Virus record (IMG/VR): IMGVR_UViG_3300037470_001143
Coordinates: 1 to 25,718 of that record
Direction: 5' to 3' (one strand)
DNA length: 25,718 bases
Source: a virus
Lineage: Duplodnaviria; Caudoviricetes
In this document: one piece after another, positions 7,941 through 17,471 of the stretch
Position numbering within the stretch: position 1 is the first letter of the stretch
Layout: each line of letters begins with the position of its first letter
Made by a program: the position numbers and the translations under genes
Notes under the pieces: model-generated
Seen by the model: only the letters and a program-made list of their open reading frames with translations
Told to the model about the DNA's origin: nothing
Database searches by the model: none

Positions 7941-10460
7941 GAGGATTTCCTCTGTTGCGGTGCCGTCGGGCGTTGTCTTCTTGACCGTCTTCGTCTCGTG
8001 CCAGAGGCCGCTCTCGGGCAACTGCGGTACGACCGGACCGGCGATCGGCGTGGTGGGGTGGTTGCTGCCGAGTTGAGGCAGATAAGCCCACGAGTACTTG
8101 CCGTGCAGCGTCCGGCATGGCGGCGTTTCGACAATACCCGGTGGTTCGCCGAAGCTGTTGTTGTCCTGGTTTGCCGCCGGCGGCCAGAGTTGGTCGCCCA
8201 TCGCTTTGCCGCCGGGCGGCGAATCAGCGCTACAGCACAGGCCGGCCAGCGGATCGTGGCAATGGCTGGTACGCGGCTCGAAGGTGGCGCCGAACCCCGC
8301 GTCGTGCGCAGCGATCCAGTCGACGAACTCCGCATCGTCGGTGTCGCCGCGCCACCTGGCATCGATGCGGCCGTGATACCAGCAGTTCCAGTGATAGATG
8401 CACTCGTAAGGATCGCCGGGAGTGCCATCCTGAAGGCACCACGGCGCACCCGAGGCGACCTGGAGCCAGTGCGAATCGACCGCGAACCACGCCTTCACGT
8501 AGCCGGTGTATTCGACGTACCAGCCACGATCGGGAATGACGGCGAAGGTGGTCGTGGCATCCGGCGTCACCGTCCAGGCGCCATCGATCGTCGCCGTCCG
8601 CGTGGCGCCGTCGTAGTCGACAATCTTCGACCACTGGTTCGCGCCGGTCCCGCCGGTGGTGCGGACCAGCATGCGGTTGTAATAGTCATCCTCCGACGAC
8701 GCGGCGGCGTCGAGGACGATCGTGCTCGCGCTGCCGCCCTGCGCGGTTCCAGTATGCGTCGCGTTGGCCAGCGAGCCGTGGTACTTGTGCCGCGTGGCGC
8801 GGGTGCGGCCGTGATGAACCCGCCAGACGTTCTCGACCATCGGCAGCGAATCGCCATCACCACCGATGTAGGCCTTGACGATTCCTGCCCGCGCGGGAAG
8901 TTCGGACACGCCGACGACGGCCCGCAGGCCCGGCTCGACGCGCCATCCCCCGCCTTCGATCGTCAGCAGCGGCGAACTCGGCGAACTAATGACCGCCTGC
9001 GGGATTCCGTAGGTCTCGCAGTCATTGAGCGGGAACTTCTCGTCGGCGGTATTGTCATACGGCGGGTCGCCGTGCGTCTCCTGCGTCCACCACGATTCGA
9101 TCGGCGGCACGGGGCTGAGCACGAAGTACTTGAAGCTGCCGGCCGCGGCGGGATCGTCCGACGAACTGAAGACGTCCCAATTCGCGTCCAGCACGCTGCT
9201 CGGGAAAAGTTTGCACGACAGCGGCGCATTCCTGTTGAGGACCACCTGCGGCGTTACTTCGACCGATTGGGGAACGACAATGGGATCGCCGTGCTCGTCG
9301 TATTCAACGGGCGTGCCCGGCTCGGCGTAGCGCACGAAGAGCGCGGGCCGCACGAGCGTATTCCCGAAATTGTTCACAAACTCCCACAGCCCGACGCGCT
9401 GAATCTCGTCGGTCAGCGGCGCGTCAACAACGTTGAAGGCGCGATCCGATTCCAGTTCGATGCCGATATGGCCGCCGGTCGCCGGGTCATACCCGGGGCG
9501 ATCGATGAACGCCTGCACGAGCGCGGCGAGTCCGTCGAAGACCAGCCGGGCGCCGGTCGGCGCCTGCGGCGACTGTTCGGCAAACGTGAACTCGAACGGG
9601 CCGATTCCGCCGACGCGCCCGGGGCCGTTGGGGTTGGTGATGATCGGATTGTCCGCGTGATCGACCGTTGCGGAAAAGGGGTTCATGTCGTCGCGGTCGA
9701 GTAGCTTGATGTTGATCTTGATGTCGGCGTTGATCGCCGACCAGTTAGTTGTCAGTACCAGCCGGGCATCGATGATCGTCGATCCAGCCGGAATATCGAG
9801 TCCGAATCGGCAGTAGGAATCATGCTGGTAGATGCGAAACGTCGGTGACTGGACCTCGTCGTAACCGACTTGCATCAAACCGGCCTGTGGCACGGAACTT
9901 AGTTGGGTGAGGTCGCTCGCCGAGCCGGAGATGACGACCCAGCAATGGGCATCATCGGCAACCGCCGCCGTGCGATAGGCGGCATCGACGAATCCGGCGG
10001 GCAATTGTCCCTGTTCGCCGAACAGGCCGACCAGGAACTGTCCGTAATGCTCGGGGATGACGCAGTGCTCGGGCTTATGGTTTTCCGGCTGCTGCACCGC
10101 ATCGATGACGTGCGAGATGTCATGCAGCAGGCCCTCATTGGTCTCGCATCCGTCGCAGCCCGATTGATTGCAACGCTTCCAGCGGCTGAATAGCGCAGGG
10201 CGCAGGACGCCATCCTTCTCCAGCCATTGGCCGATCTGATTGCCGAAAACAAAATCATCGGTGAACGCGCAATCCGAGCCGGTATGTACGCCGGGAAAGA
10301 ACCTGCGATTCCTTCCCGCCGTCACCGGATCGCCATTGATGTCCACCGCTGCGGCGGCGGCAGCCGCCGCCAGGGGGACGACGGAATAGGGCGCGACGTG
10401 ATGGGCAGCCACCGGGCAGCGGATGTCGAATATCTGATTGGGGCTCCACGTTATCATCAC
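7887..10460 (-). CDS. Large mosaic distal tail / receptor-binding-like protein
   Basis: Last large gene after the tape measure, with ATGA coupling to the upstream gene. Contains a DNRLRE-like segment (YCRFGLDIPAGSTIIDARLVL) and the phage virion motif GTAQGGSASTIVLDAAASSEDDYYN..GGTGANQ..I.DYDGATRTAT....W...PDATT. Confidence 0.65.
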   Translation of the reverse strand: MMITWSPNQIFDIRCPVAAHHVAPYSVVPLAAAAAAAAVDINGDPVTAGRNRRFFPGVHTGSDCAFTDDFVFGNQIGQWLEKDGVLRPALFSRWKRCNQSGCDGCETNEGLLHDISHVIDAVQQPENHKPEHCVIPEHYGQFLVGLFGEQGQLPAGFVDAAYRTAAVADDAHCWVVISGSASDLTQLSSVPQAGLMQVGYDEVQSPTFRIYQHDSYCRFGLDIPAGSTIIDARLVLTTNWSAINADIKINIKLLDRDDMNPFSATVDHADNPIITNPNGPGRVGGIGPFEFTFAEQSPQAPTGARLVFDGLAALVQAFIDRPGYDPATGGHIGIELESDRAFNVVDAPLTDEIQRVGLWEFVNNFGNTLVRPALFVRYAEPGTPVEYDEHGDPIVVPQSVEVTPQVVLNRNAPLSCKLFPSSVLDANWDVFSSSDDPAAAGSFKYFVLSPVPPIESWWTQETHGDPPYDNTADEKFPLNDCETYGIPQAVISSPSSPLLTIEGGGWRVEPGLRAVVGVSELPARAGIVKAYIGGDGDSLPMVENVWRVHHGRTRATRHKYHGSLANATHTGTAQGGSASTIVLDAAASSEDDYYNRMLVRTTGGTGANQWSKIVDYDGATRTATIDGAWTVTPDATTTFAVIPDRGWYVEYTGYVKAWFAVDSHWLQVASGAPWCLQDGTPGDPYECIYHWNCWYHGRIDARWRGDTDDAEFVDWIAAHDAGFGATFEPRTSHCHDPLAGLCCSADSPPGGKAMGDQLWPPAANQDNNSFGEPPGIVETPPCRTLHGKYSWAYLPQLGSNHPTTPIAGPVVPQLPESGLWHETKTVKKTTPDGTATEEILGWADLRFVSILPALTGA

Positions 10461-11308
10461 AACCCCTCACAGGGTTGGGCGATCTCGACGTTGCACTCCT
10501 CGGCCGAGAGTGGACGCACCAGCGCCGGGATCAGCGGGATGGCGACGTACTTCACGTCGGGATCATCCGCGATCGGCTCGATGGGCATGAGTAAGACCTT
10601 CCAGCCGGGGCGGATCATCGCTCGCGTGCCGGCCCAGGCGATCAGTTCTTCGCCGGACTCGTAGGCCTCCGGCAGGCCGGTCATTCGTTTGCAAACACAG
10701 GTGGTGCTCAAACTCATCGGGTCGATGGCGATGCTGACGCACACCGCGAGGATGGCCGCGCCACCACCGCCGCCGCCCAGTCGAACGATGCACCAGGCCA
10801 TGTCGGGTGTATCGCGTTTGTCGATGGGCTGGACGGATAGCAGCGTCGCCACGCCCGATGGGGCGCTGACAAGGTTCGCCGTCATGCCCGTCTCGGCGAT
10901 CGCGGATCGGTGCGTCTCGTCCAGCATCTTGACCAGCGCCGGCGTTTCGCCGTGCGTAATCGCCCGACCCACGGCGCCGGGGGCGAGCGGGTCGAGGAGG
11001 ATCGCGAATCGATCGGCGACGTGTTCATCATCGGGCTCGACGACCTTCAGCGCCGGGCGCTCGACGAATTGGCCAAAATCGACGTGCGGCTGCACGAGGG
11101 CGTCATCAATACCGACAACATTGAATCGCGCGAGATATTGCCCCGAATCGTTGCGGACGCGGACCATGCCCAGGGGCAGTGCTTCGGCGGCCGCACCTCC
11201 CATCACTTTTGAATTGACGGTATTGGCCGCCTGCGCCACCGCGTTCCATTCGCCGGCGGTGGGGGCGAATAGTTGTCCCCGCGAGCGTGTTCGCACCTTG
11301 GCAGCCAT
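10457..11308 (-). CDS. Putative minor tail protein
   Basis: True start is probably MAAKVRTRSRG at 11308 (TAATG overlap with the upstream stop). Position in the tail module; Gly linker LGGGGGGA. Confidence 0.6.
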   Translation of the reverse strand: MAAKVRTRSRGQLFAPTAGEWNAVAQAANTVNSKVMGGAAAEALPLGMVRVRNDSGQYLARFNVVGIDDALVQPHVDFGQFVERPALKVVEPDDEHVADRFAILLDPLAPGAVGRAITHGETPALVKMLDETHRSAIAETGMTANLVSAPSGVATLLSVQPIDKRDTPDMAWCIVRLGGGGGGAAILAVCVSIAIDPMSLSTTCVCKRMTGLPEAYESGEELIAWAGTRAMIRPGWKVLLMPIEPIADDPDVKYVAIPLIPALVRPLSAEECNVEIAQPCEGL

Positions 11309-12192
11309 TAAAATGTCGGCGCTCCTGTTCCAATGGACAGCGCGGAGAAGTCCGCCTCCTCGTAGACCTTCTCGACATAGACGCCGCGGGGTTCGCGAAC
11401 CACGCCGATCTCCACGGGGCTCGGCTCTCCCTGCACGTCGCCCATTTCGACGCGGTCCTGCCATGCCGTCCACAGGTAATCGTGGCCCTTCTTGTCGATG
11501 CCGGTGATGAAGTCCACGGTGAAGTTCGTGGTGTTGGGTATCCGCGTGAACGTAAAGGTCACTTGAATGTCGCCGGACCCGCGAAGCAACCACGAAAAAT
11601 CAGCAACCAACACCTCGCCGGCATCGAAGCCCCGAAACGCCGCATCGTTGACCGTGCCGCGCATCTCCGAGACGGTCCGCAGGTAGGTCCAGGTGGCCAC
11701 GGCCTTGGACAGGTAGTGCGTCTCGGTCCAGTTGAAGCCGGGGATGATCAGGTCCACCCCCTCGATGCCGTCTTTGGTCACGCCGATGAAGCCGTGCTGA
11801 TCGGGGGCTTCGACCAGGGCCGGTTGCGTGACCGCGTTGGGATAGCGATTGGTCGTCGAGATGCCGCGCAGGACGCGGTGCGTGCCGCCGTTGGCGTCGC
11901 CGGCGTACTCGGGCTGGCCCTCCGGCGGAACAATGGGCGGTGCGGGCTGGATGGCGTAGTTGACCACGCCGTTCCACAGGTCGTTTTCGGCGCGTTCGAC
12001 GCTGATGCCGGCCTTGGGCAGGACGAGCCCCAGGTCGCCGTAGACGTCGAAGGTCGCCGGCGACGCGGCATACAGAGCGGTCATCGCCGCCTGAAGCGTG
12101 GCGGCGTCGAAGATGAAGTAGCTCACATCGACCGTCGGCGAGGTGCCGTCGGAACCCGTCTCGGCGCGATAGGCTTCACTGACGGTGGCCAT
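11308..12192 (-). CDS. Putative distal tail/hub protein
   Basis: Directly follows the tape measure; beta-rich. Likely start MATVSEAY at 12192; the 20-aa extension in the track is a repeat element. Confidence 0.6.
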   Translation of the reverse strand: MATVSEAYRAETGSDGTSPTVDVSYFIFDAATLQAAMTALYAASPATFDVYGDLGLVLPKAGISVERAENDLWNGVVNYAIQPAPPIVPPEGQPEYAGDANGGTHRVLRGISTTNRYPNAVTQPALVEAPDQHGFIGVTKDGIEGVDLIIPGFNWTETHYLSKAVATWTYLRTVSEMRGTVNDAAFRGFDAGEVLVADFSWLLRGSGDIQVTFTFTRIPNTTNFTVDFITGIDKKGHDYLWTAWQDRVEMGDVQGEPSPVEIGVVREPRGVYVEKVYEEADFSALSIGTGAPTF

Positions 12193-12204
12193 GATCAAAA
12201 CCGA

Positions 12205-12294
12205 TGGGCTGTTGGACTGTTGGGCTGTTGGGCTGTTAGGAAGGCGCCACACCGCAGTCCCTAACAGTCCAACGGTCTAACAGCCAAACAGTCC
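12205..12294. repeat. Family A hairpin element (8-mer arms tgggctgt / ccaacagc), intergenic copy A1
   Basis: Left arm (tgg[g/a]ctgt)x4+tagg 12205-12240, ~19-nt loop, inverted right arm 12260-12294. Confidence 0.9.
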
Positions 12295-12298
12295 AGGA

Positions 12299-14287
12299 CT
12301 ATCCGAACACCACGCGGCTCTTGCGCGTCTCCCTGATCAGCGTGACCATGTGCGTGGCGATTTTCTCGACGCCCGTGGCAGTACGTTTGGCGATATCGGC
12401 GTCGGCCAGGCCGCCCAACGTCGCCACGTTGAACGTGCCGGTGACGCTGGTCTTCGCGATGCCAGCGCCGATCGTTGAAAGACGATCCTCCAGATCGGCG
12501 AGGGGATCACCCGTTTTACTGCGTGGCGCGCCTGCCTTGTCGGCCTCCTCGCGGCGCTTCTTCGCCTGCTCGATCGAGCGGGCCAGTTCCGCGCTGGCCT
12601 GGTCGAGTTCATGCTGCGCCGCATCGATCCGCTTTTGGCTCTCGGCGGCGCCTTCTTCCAGCGATTCAACATGCGCCTTGGCGATCTCCTCCTGCGTCTG
12701 CGCGTGAATCTGCGCCTCGCGCTCGCGCGCGGCGGCGCGCTTCGATTCGAGTTCTGTCAGGGCTCTTGCCGTCTCGCGGTCGTTTTCACCGAGCTTGTCG
12801 ATCAGCGCCTGGTCGGCCGCCAGGTTCGCGGCCGCCGCGTCGAAGCTGCCGTCGAAGAGGCCGCGCAAGCGATTCCAGGTCTTGGTCAGGAGGTTGGCGA
12901 TGGTCAGCCAGGTCTCGGTCAGGAATGACGTGAAGCGCTCCCAGCCCCGCGACATGAAGCTGGTGGTCTCGATCCAGGCGACCTGGAGCCCGTGCCAGAT
13001 GGACTCGGCGATGGTCAGCGTGCCGGCGAGGGCGTCGTGGAAGACGCCGACGAAAAACTGCGTCGTCCGCTCCCAGATCTTCCGCAGCTCCAGCGTGCCT
13101 TTTTCCCAGACGACCTTCAGCGAGAGCCACAGGATTTGCGCGGCGAGTGTGATGTCGCCGGCGGCCAGGGCGTCGGAGATGCCGACTACTACCTTGTATA
13201 CTGTGTCCCGCAGCCGGCCGAACTGCTCGCCCAGCCAGTCCAGGGCCTCGGCGCCGGCGCCACTGACCACCAGCAGCGTTCCACCCAGGGCGACAATAGC
13301 GGAGACGACCAACCCGATCGGCGAGAGCATCGCACCGAGGACCGACACGACCACTCCCAGCGCCGTACCCACGCCGGCGGTGATGGAGGCCAGCGTACCC
13401 AGCGCCGCCCCGACGCCGGAGATGACGGCACCCACGGCGACTAGCGCGAGTCCGACACCGGTCACGCCTATGGCGATCTTCGCGGCGCTGATGACGAGCG
13501 CCTTGTTCTGCTTGATCCACTCGGAGACGCGAACCACAGTGCGGGTGACCGCGTTGGACAGTTCAACGACCGCCGGGGCCAGCGCCGACCCGATCACGAA
13601 GACGCCTTGTTTGACCACCCGCCACAGCGTGTGCAGCGTGTCGGTCAGCAGCGCTGCATCCTTGGCCGTCTGCGTCGAGACGGTCAGCCCCAGCCGCCGC
13701 GCTTCTTCGCGCATGGCCTCGATGCCTTGTGCGCCATCCTTTAGCAGCGGCAGCAATCCCGTGCCCGCGCGGCCGAAGAGTTCCATCGCCAGCGCCGCCC
13801 TGCGCGTGGGGTCCTCGATTCGGCTCAGTCGATCGGCGATAAGCAGGAACTGTTTCTCCGGCGCGAGGCCCTTCAAATCGTCGACAGTCAGACCGAGTTG
13901 CACCATCGCCTCCTTCGTGGTCACCAGCCCGCGCTCGGCGTCGAGGATGGATTTCTGCATCTTGCGGACGCCTTTTTCCAGCGTCCCCAGGTCGGCCCCG
14001 GAGAGTTCGGCGGCGAAGCCCAGTTCCGACAGGGCCTCGGCGGACAGGCCGGTCCGCGCCGCCATCTTGTCCAGCACGTCGCCGGCGCTGGAAAACGTCC
14101 GCACGGCAGCCGCCAGCGGCGCAAGCCCCGCCGCACCCAACGCGGCGATCCGCGCGCCGATGGAGCTGACGGAAGCGCCGAATGCCTGGAGCCGCTTCTG
14201 CGCGGCGCGCAGGCCCTTGGTGAGCTTGTCGCTCACGCCGAGTTCGACGAACGCCTTACCGGCCCGGACGCCTTGCGTGTTGGCCAC
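12299..14287 (-). CDS. Phage tail tape measure protein
   Basis: GTG start (VANTQGVRAGKAFVELG) after RBS ggagg; ~662 aa, Ala/Leu-rich helical. Motifs LDKMAARTGLSAEALSELGFAA and AMELFGRAG..LLP, hydrophobic core, coiled-coil C-terminus. Confidence 0.92.
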   Translation of the reverse strand: MANTQGVRAGKAFVELGVSDKLTKGLRAAQKRLQAFGASVSSIGARIAALGAAGLAPLAAAVRTFSSAGDVLDKMAARTGLSAEALSELGFAAELSGADLGTLEKGVRKMQKSILDAERGLVTTKEAMVQLGLTVDDLKGLAPEKQFLLIADRLSRIEDPTRRAALAMELFGRAGTGLLPLLKDGAQGIEAMREEARRLGLTVSTQTAKDAALLTDTLHTLWRVVKQGVFVIGSALAPAVVELSNAVTRTVVRVSEWIKQNKALVISAAKIAIGVTGVGLALVAVGAVISGVGAALGTLASITAGVGTALGVVVSVLGAMLSPIGLVVSAIVALGGTLLVVSGAGAEALDWLGEQFGRLRDTVYKVVVGISDALAAGDITLAAQILWLSLKVVWEKGTLELRKIWERTTQFFVGVFHDALAGTLTIAESIWHGLQVAWIETTSFMSRGWERFTSFLTETWLTIANLLTKTWNRLRGLFDGSFDAAAANLAADQALIDKLGENDRETARALTELESKRAAAREREAQIHAQTQEEIAKAHVESLEEGAAESQKRIDAAQHELDQASAELARSIEQAKKRREEADKAGAPRSKTGDPLADLEDRLSTIGAGIAKTSVTGTFNVATLGGLADADIAKRTATGVEKIATHMVTLIRETRKSRVVFG

Positions 14288-14291
14288 TCGC

Positions 14292-14735
14292 CTACCCTCC
14301 CCGCACGCTGCCGGCCCACAGCTTGGGCAGCTTCGGGCGCTCCTTCTCCAGCGCACGTCCCATGAAAGGCCTCGCCTTGATGCGAACGCGACGCTTGCGG
14401 CGCCGGCCGCGCGAAAACTTCGTGACCGTGGTGGTCCCGCCGTGCTCCAGGACACGCGGCGCTTCGGTGGGTTTGTTCAGCTTGACGGGACCGACGACCA
14501 CCGAGTCGCTCGTGCGGTCATAGCCGAACAGAATGAACCTTCTCAGCAACCCGACGTGCGAGTGCGGCGGCGAGCCCGGCGGCGCCGAGCCCTTGCGCTT
14601 GCGGATGCTGGTCCGCGCGGCGGTGCGAATGAAGGCCCCGGCTTTCGACAGCACGGCCCGCTTGGCCTTGTCGACGGCGCGGACGACTTTCTGGCGGTCG
14701 AAGAATAGACTTTTGATCCGCATTTCGATCATCAT
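14292..14735 (-). CDS. HK97 gp10-like / virion morphogenesis (tail completion) protein
   Basis: Basic 147 aa; LEHGG motif and C-terminal ARPFM..A, typical of the gp10-like family. Confidence 0.7.
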   Translation of the reverse strand: MMIEMRIKSLFFDRQKVVRAVDKAKRAVLSKAGAFIRTAARTSIRKRKGSAPPGSPPHSHVGLLRRFILFGYDRTSDSVVVGPVKLNKPTEAPRVLEHGGTTTVTKFSRGRRRKRRVRIKARPFMGRALEKERPKLPKLWAGSVRGG

Positions 14736-14738
14736 TTC

Positions 14739-14773
14739 GCCTACGGCCTACTGCCTACGGACTATCGCCTTAT
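14739..14773. repeat. Family C 7-mer tandem array (gcctacg)x5
   Basis: gcctacg gcctact gcctacg gactatc gccttat, lying between and overlapping gene ends. Confidence 0.8.
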
Positions 14774-14971
14774 TTCCGGCACCTTGCCGTGCAGAAAGAC
14801 ATCCTTCAGAACTTCCACACCGACCTTGATGGGCTTAATGGGCTTGCTCATTGGATCAAAATCGCTGGGTCGATAGGTTCGCGTCTTCTTCGGATCGCGG
14901 TGGGCGTTGGCGATCAGGGCCAGCAGCGACGAGGTCCGCGACCACTCGTCCCGCATCCTCGCCTCGGCCAT
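14762..14971 (-). CDS. gpT-like tail assembly chaperone C-terminal ORF (probable -1 frameshift extension)
   Basis: Follows the chaperone gene in the -1 frame; that frame is open upstream (..WRCAGIAGVEPGRLTLRELLAMAEAR..). Confidence 0.7.
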   Translation of the reverse strand: MAEARMRDEWSRTSSLLALIANAHRDPKKTRTYRPSDFDPMSKPIKPIKVGVEVLKDVFLHGKVPEIRR

Positions 14972-14991
14972 CGCCAGCAGCTCACGCAGTG

Positions 14992-15477
14992 TCAGCCGTC
15001 CGGGCTCGACGCCGGCGATGCCGGCGCAGCGCCAGACGAGACCCCAACATTCGCCAGCGCTTGCTCGACGGCCTTCTCGATCTCGCCGTCGCTCAGTCGG
15101 GCCTCGATCACATCCCTGGCCCGGTCCATCACCGCCCAGGTCTTTTCCAGCACCCGCCCGAGGTTCGCCCGATCCCTCGGGCTCGGGGAAAAATCCACGA
15201 GCTCCTCTAGCAGGGCCTTGGTCGCATGGTCGATGGCATCCCCGGCCATCGCCCGTCCGAATTCCTCGTCACTTACGCCTTTGGCGTCCGCTTCCGGCTT
15301 GCATACCGCGTACACCACGTCGCACAGCAGCACCGGGTCACGGATCAACTTTTCGATCAGCTTGCCCTCGACGACCTCCAGCAGGTCCACGTCGAGTAGC
15401 CCGCGGACGCGCTTGATGGCGTCGACGTTGATGGCGATCGTCCAGGTCCTGCCGGCGTTGTCGGAAAAAGACTTCAT
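14992..15477 (-). CDS. Tail assembly chaperone (gpG-like)
   Basis: Acidic 161 aa between tail tube and tape measure; overlaps the downstream -1 frame ORF. Confidence 0.75.
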   Translation of the reverse strand: MKSFSDNAGRTWTIAINVDAIKRVRGLLDVDLLEVVEGKLIEKLIRDPVLLCDVVYAVCKPEADAKGVSDEEFGRAMAGDAIDHATKALLEELVDFSPSPRDRANLGRVLEKTWAVMDRARDVIEARLSDGEIEKAVEQALANVGVSSGAAPASPASSPDG

Positions 15478-15496
15478 CCTCAGTAACCCCTCCTCA

Positions 15497-15928
15497 TCAC
15501 GGCGGCGTGATCCAGCTCGGCGCCGTGGCCGAGTAGGTCACTTTCGCCGTCACGCTGACGGTGATCGCCTCCTCCAGGGCCTCGCTCCGCGAAAAACCGG
15601 TGATCATGAAGTCCGCCTGGAGTCCCTCACCAGAAGCCGAATCAAGAACCTGAAAGCCGATGATGACGTTGGTCAGGAAGGCGTCCTTGATGGCAGTAAA
15701 ACCGGCGTCGCCGGTGTCCCAGACCATCTCGAACTCGACGGTCGCCTCTTTCAGCGTGGCGACCGTCGCCCGCCAGCCGTTGTTGGCCCGGGTGGTCACA
15801 TCCGCCTCGCCGGTCTCGAGCGAGAGCGTTACGTCCCGGGCATTGCCCAGCGCGATCCACGACCCGACCGCATCCTGACCGCCGACCTTGTAATTGAGCT
15901 GGGCCTCCATGCCGAGCTTGAATGCCAT
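15497..15928 (-). CDS. Major tail tube protein (non-contractile)
   Basis: 143 aa; DVTLSLE..EADVTTR..GWR..ATLKEATVEFEM and FSRSE.LEEAITVSVT match siphophage tube proteins; RBS aaggag. Confidence 0.85.
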   Translation of the reverse strand: MAFKLGMEAQLNYKVGGQDAVGSWIALGNARDVTLSLETGEADVTTRANNGWRATVATLKEATVEFEMVWDTGDAGFTAIKDAFLTNVIIGFQVLDSASGEGLQADFMITGFSRSEALEEAITVSVTAKVTYSATAPSWITPP

Positions 15929-15988
15929 CGTTCAGCGCTCCTTCACTTAATAACCGATTTTTGCGTGCGAGTAAGAAAGCAAATTCAC

Positions 15989-16411
15989 TCACCTCCGCAC
16001 GCGGTACGTCACCGTCAGCACGCTGGTGAACACCCGCTGAGTGTCCAGGTGCTCGGGGGCAAAGACCGGCTCATTGGCAATCGAGACGAACGCCGCCTGC
16101 GGCGCATCATCCAATCGCTTCTGCCGCAGGTGGTCGGCGATCTGCTCCGTCAGGTCCACCAGGTCGTCGATGTCCGCGTCATCCGCGATCTTCTTTTGCA
16201 CGCCGATGTCGATGGCGCAGTCGAAGTAGCTACTGTCCCGACTGGCGTTGGTGACCGTCACCGACTTGGGCACCACGCTGACCTTCAGGTCCGCCAGCTC
16301 GGGCAACTCAAAGGCCGGCTGATAGCGCCGCTCGGCGCCCAGCGCCGGGTCGAACGGCCCGGCGTTCAGCATGGCCGTCACGGCGTCGGCGATTGTCAAG
16401 ATCGTGCTCAC
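15989..16411 (-). CDS. Tail terminator / tail completion protein
   Basis: 140 aa immediately upstream of the tube gene; ends in a beta-strand pattern FTSVLTVTYR. Confidence 0.65.
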   Translation of the reverse strand: MSTILTIADAVTAMLNAGPFDPALGAERRYQPAFELPELADLKVSVVPKSVTVTNASRDSSYFDCAIDIGVQKKIADDADIDDLVDLTEQIADHLRQKRLDDAPQAAFVSIANEPVFAPEHLDTQRVFTSVLTVTYRVRR

Positions 16412-16415
16412 TTAC

Positions 16416-16784
16416 TCACCATGTAAAACCTGTCGCAAAGCCGACCACGCTGGCATTCCCGCCGACCACGATGATGCCCGGCAGCTCGCCGATCCGCGTG
16501 GCCAGGCCGGGCTCGATGACGGGAGCGATACCGCTCCCGCCCGCCTGCGCGTAGCACTTTCCGATGACGGTGTCGCTTGCGCCGCGGGAGAGCAGATCAA
16601 CCGCTACATTCGTGACCTGGTCCCCGTTTTGAATGACGAGCGACGTGATCTCGAACGTCCGCCCGGTCGCGTCGAACGCATTGCCCTCGCTGTCGGTCGG
16701 CGCCAGCGATACCGGATCGCCATCGGTGATCGGACCGATGGCCGCCTGCCAGCGCCGGGTATTTGCCGGTCGTCGCCACATCAT
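16416..16784 (-). CDS. Hypothetical virion-associated protein
   Basis: Abuts the Gly-rich gene; co-oriented; beta-rich 122 aa. Confidence 0.55.
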   Translation of the reverse strand: MMWRRPANTRRWQAAIGPITDGDPVSLAPTDSEGNAFDATGRTFEITSLVIQNGDQVTNVAVDLLSRGASDTVIGKCYAQAGGSGIAPVIEPGLATRIGELPGIIVVGGNASVVGFATGFTW

Positions 16785-17456
16785 CTATGCCCCCGCGCGG
16801 GTCAGCGCCGCCCGCGTACCGGCAGCGATCGGACTGCCCTGGTATTCGATCTCCACGCGCCCATGCCCCCCGTTACCGCTGTTGCCGCCGGAGTTACCGC
16901 CGCCGCCACCGCCGCCGCCTGGCGCCGTGCCAATCTGCCCATGGCTGGCGGCCGAGCCGCCGTCGCCGCCGTTTCCTCCCGGACCGATGCCGCCGGCCCC
17001 GAACATATCTGCAACCGCATCGATGCCGTTGGCGCCGTCTCCTGTCGGCCCGGCCCCGGCGCCACCGCCGCCGCCCGCCATCGCTCCGTTTCCACCATTG
17101 CCGCCAGCAAATGCGATCTCGCCCTCGACAACTGTGCCGCCGCTGCCGCCGGCGGAGCCGGCAAGCTGCCCTTTCAACCCGCCGCCCGCGAAGATGACGG
17201 AGCCGTCGCCGATGTAGCTGTCGCCGCCGTTCAAAACACCAGTGGTGCCCCCGCCCTCGCCGACGACGACGTCGTAGGACTGCTGCGCGACAACCGAAAA
17301 ATCGCCCTCCGCATACGCGCCGCCGCCGCCGCCGCCCTCGCCGGAACTAAACACTCCCCCTTTGCCGCCGGCCCCCCAGCACCGGACGCGCACCGTTCCC
17401 GTGACGGGCGATACCCAGGGTGTCGTGCCCGGCATGTCGAAAACGGCAACAGCCAT
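16785..17456 (-). CDS. Glycine-rich phage fibre/decoration-type protein
   Basis: VRCWGAGGKGG..GGGGGAYA..VVGEGG...GG.GRVEIEY is the Gly-rich domain pattern seen in phage virion proteins. Confidence 0.7.
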   Translation of the reverse strand: MAVAVFDMPGTTPWVSPVTGTVRVRCWGAGGKGGVFSSGEGGGGGGAYAEGDFSVVAQQSYDVVVGEGGGTTGVLNGGDSYIGDGSVIFAGGGLKGQLAGSAGGSGGTVVEGEIAFAGGNGGNGAMAGGGGGAGAGPTGDGANGIDAVADMFGAGGIGPGGNGGDGGSAASHGQIGTAPGGGGGGGGNSGGNSGNGGHGRVEIEYQGSPIAAGTRAALTRAGA

Positions 17457-17471
17457 CTCGCGTCTTTCTCC

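Noticed and set aside
12193-12252. N-terminal extensions in the ORF track (also 17868-17981, 14288-14455, 11309-11593, 22252-22314, 22824-22982)
   Set aside because: They are translations of repeats, the tRNA or overlapping genes; better RBS-linked or coupled starts lie downstream.
15929-15988. AT-rich spacer before the tail tube gene as a promoter or insert
   Set aside because: No convincing -35/-10 pair or hairpin; may just be a translation enhancer upstream of the RBS.
16860-17380. (ccg)n runs as a DNA repeat element
   Set aside because: Explained by Gly codons of the Gly-rich protein.
7285-17456. Contractile injection system/tailocin delivering the Rhs protein
   Set aside because: No sheath, baseplate wedge or VgrG/PAAR genes are recognisable. 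Capsid and terminase are present, and the Rhs has its own signal peptide and is separated by a divergent gene.
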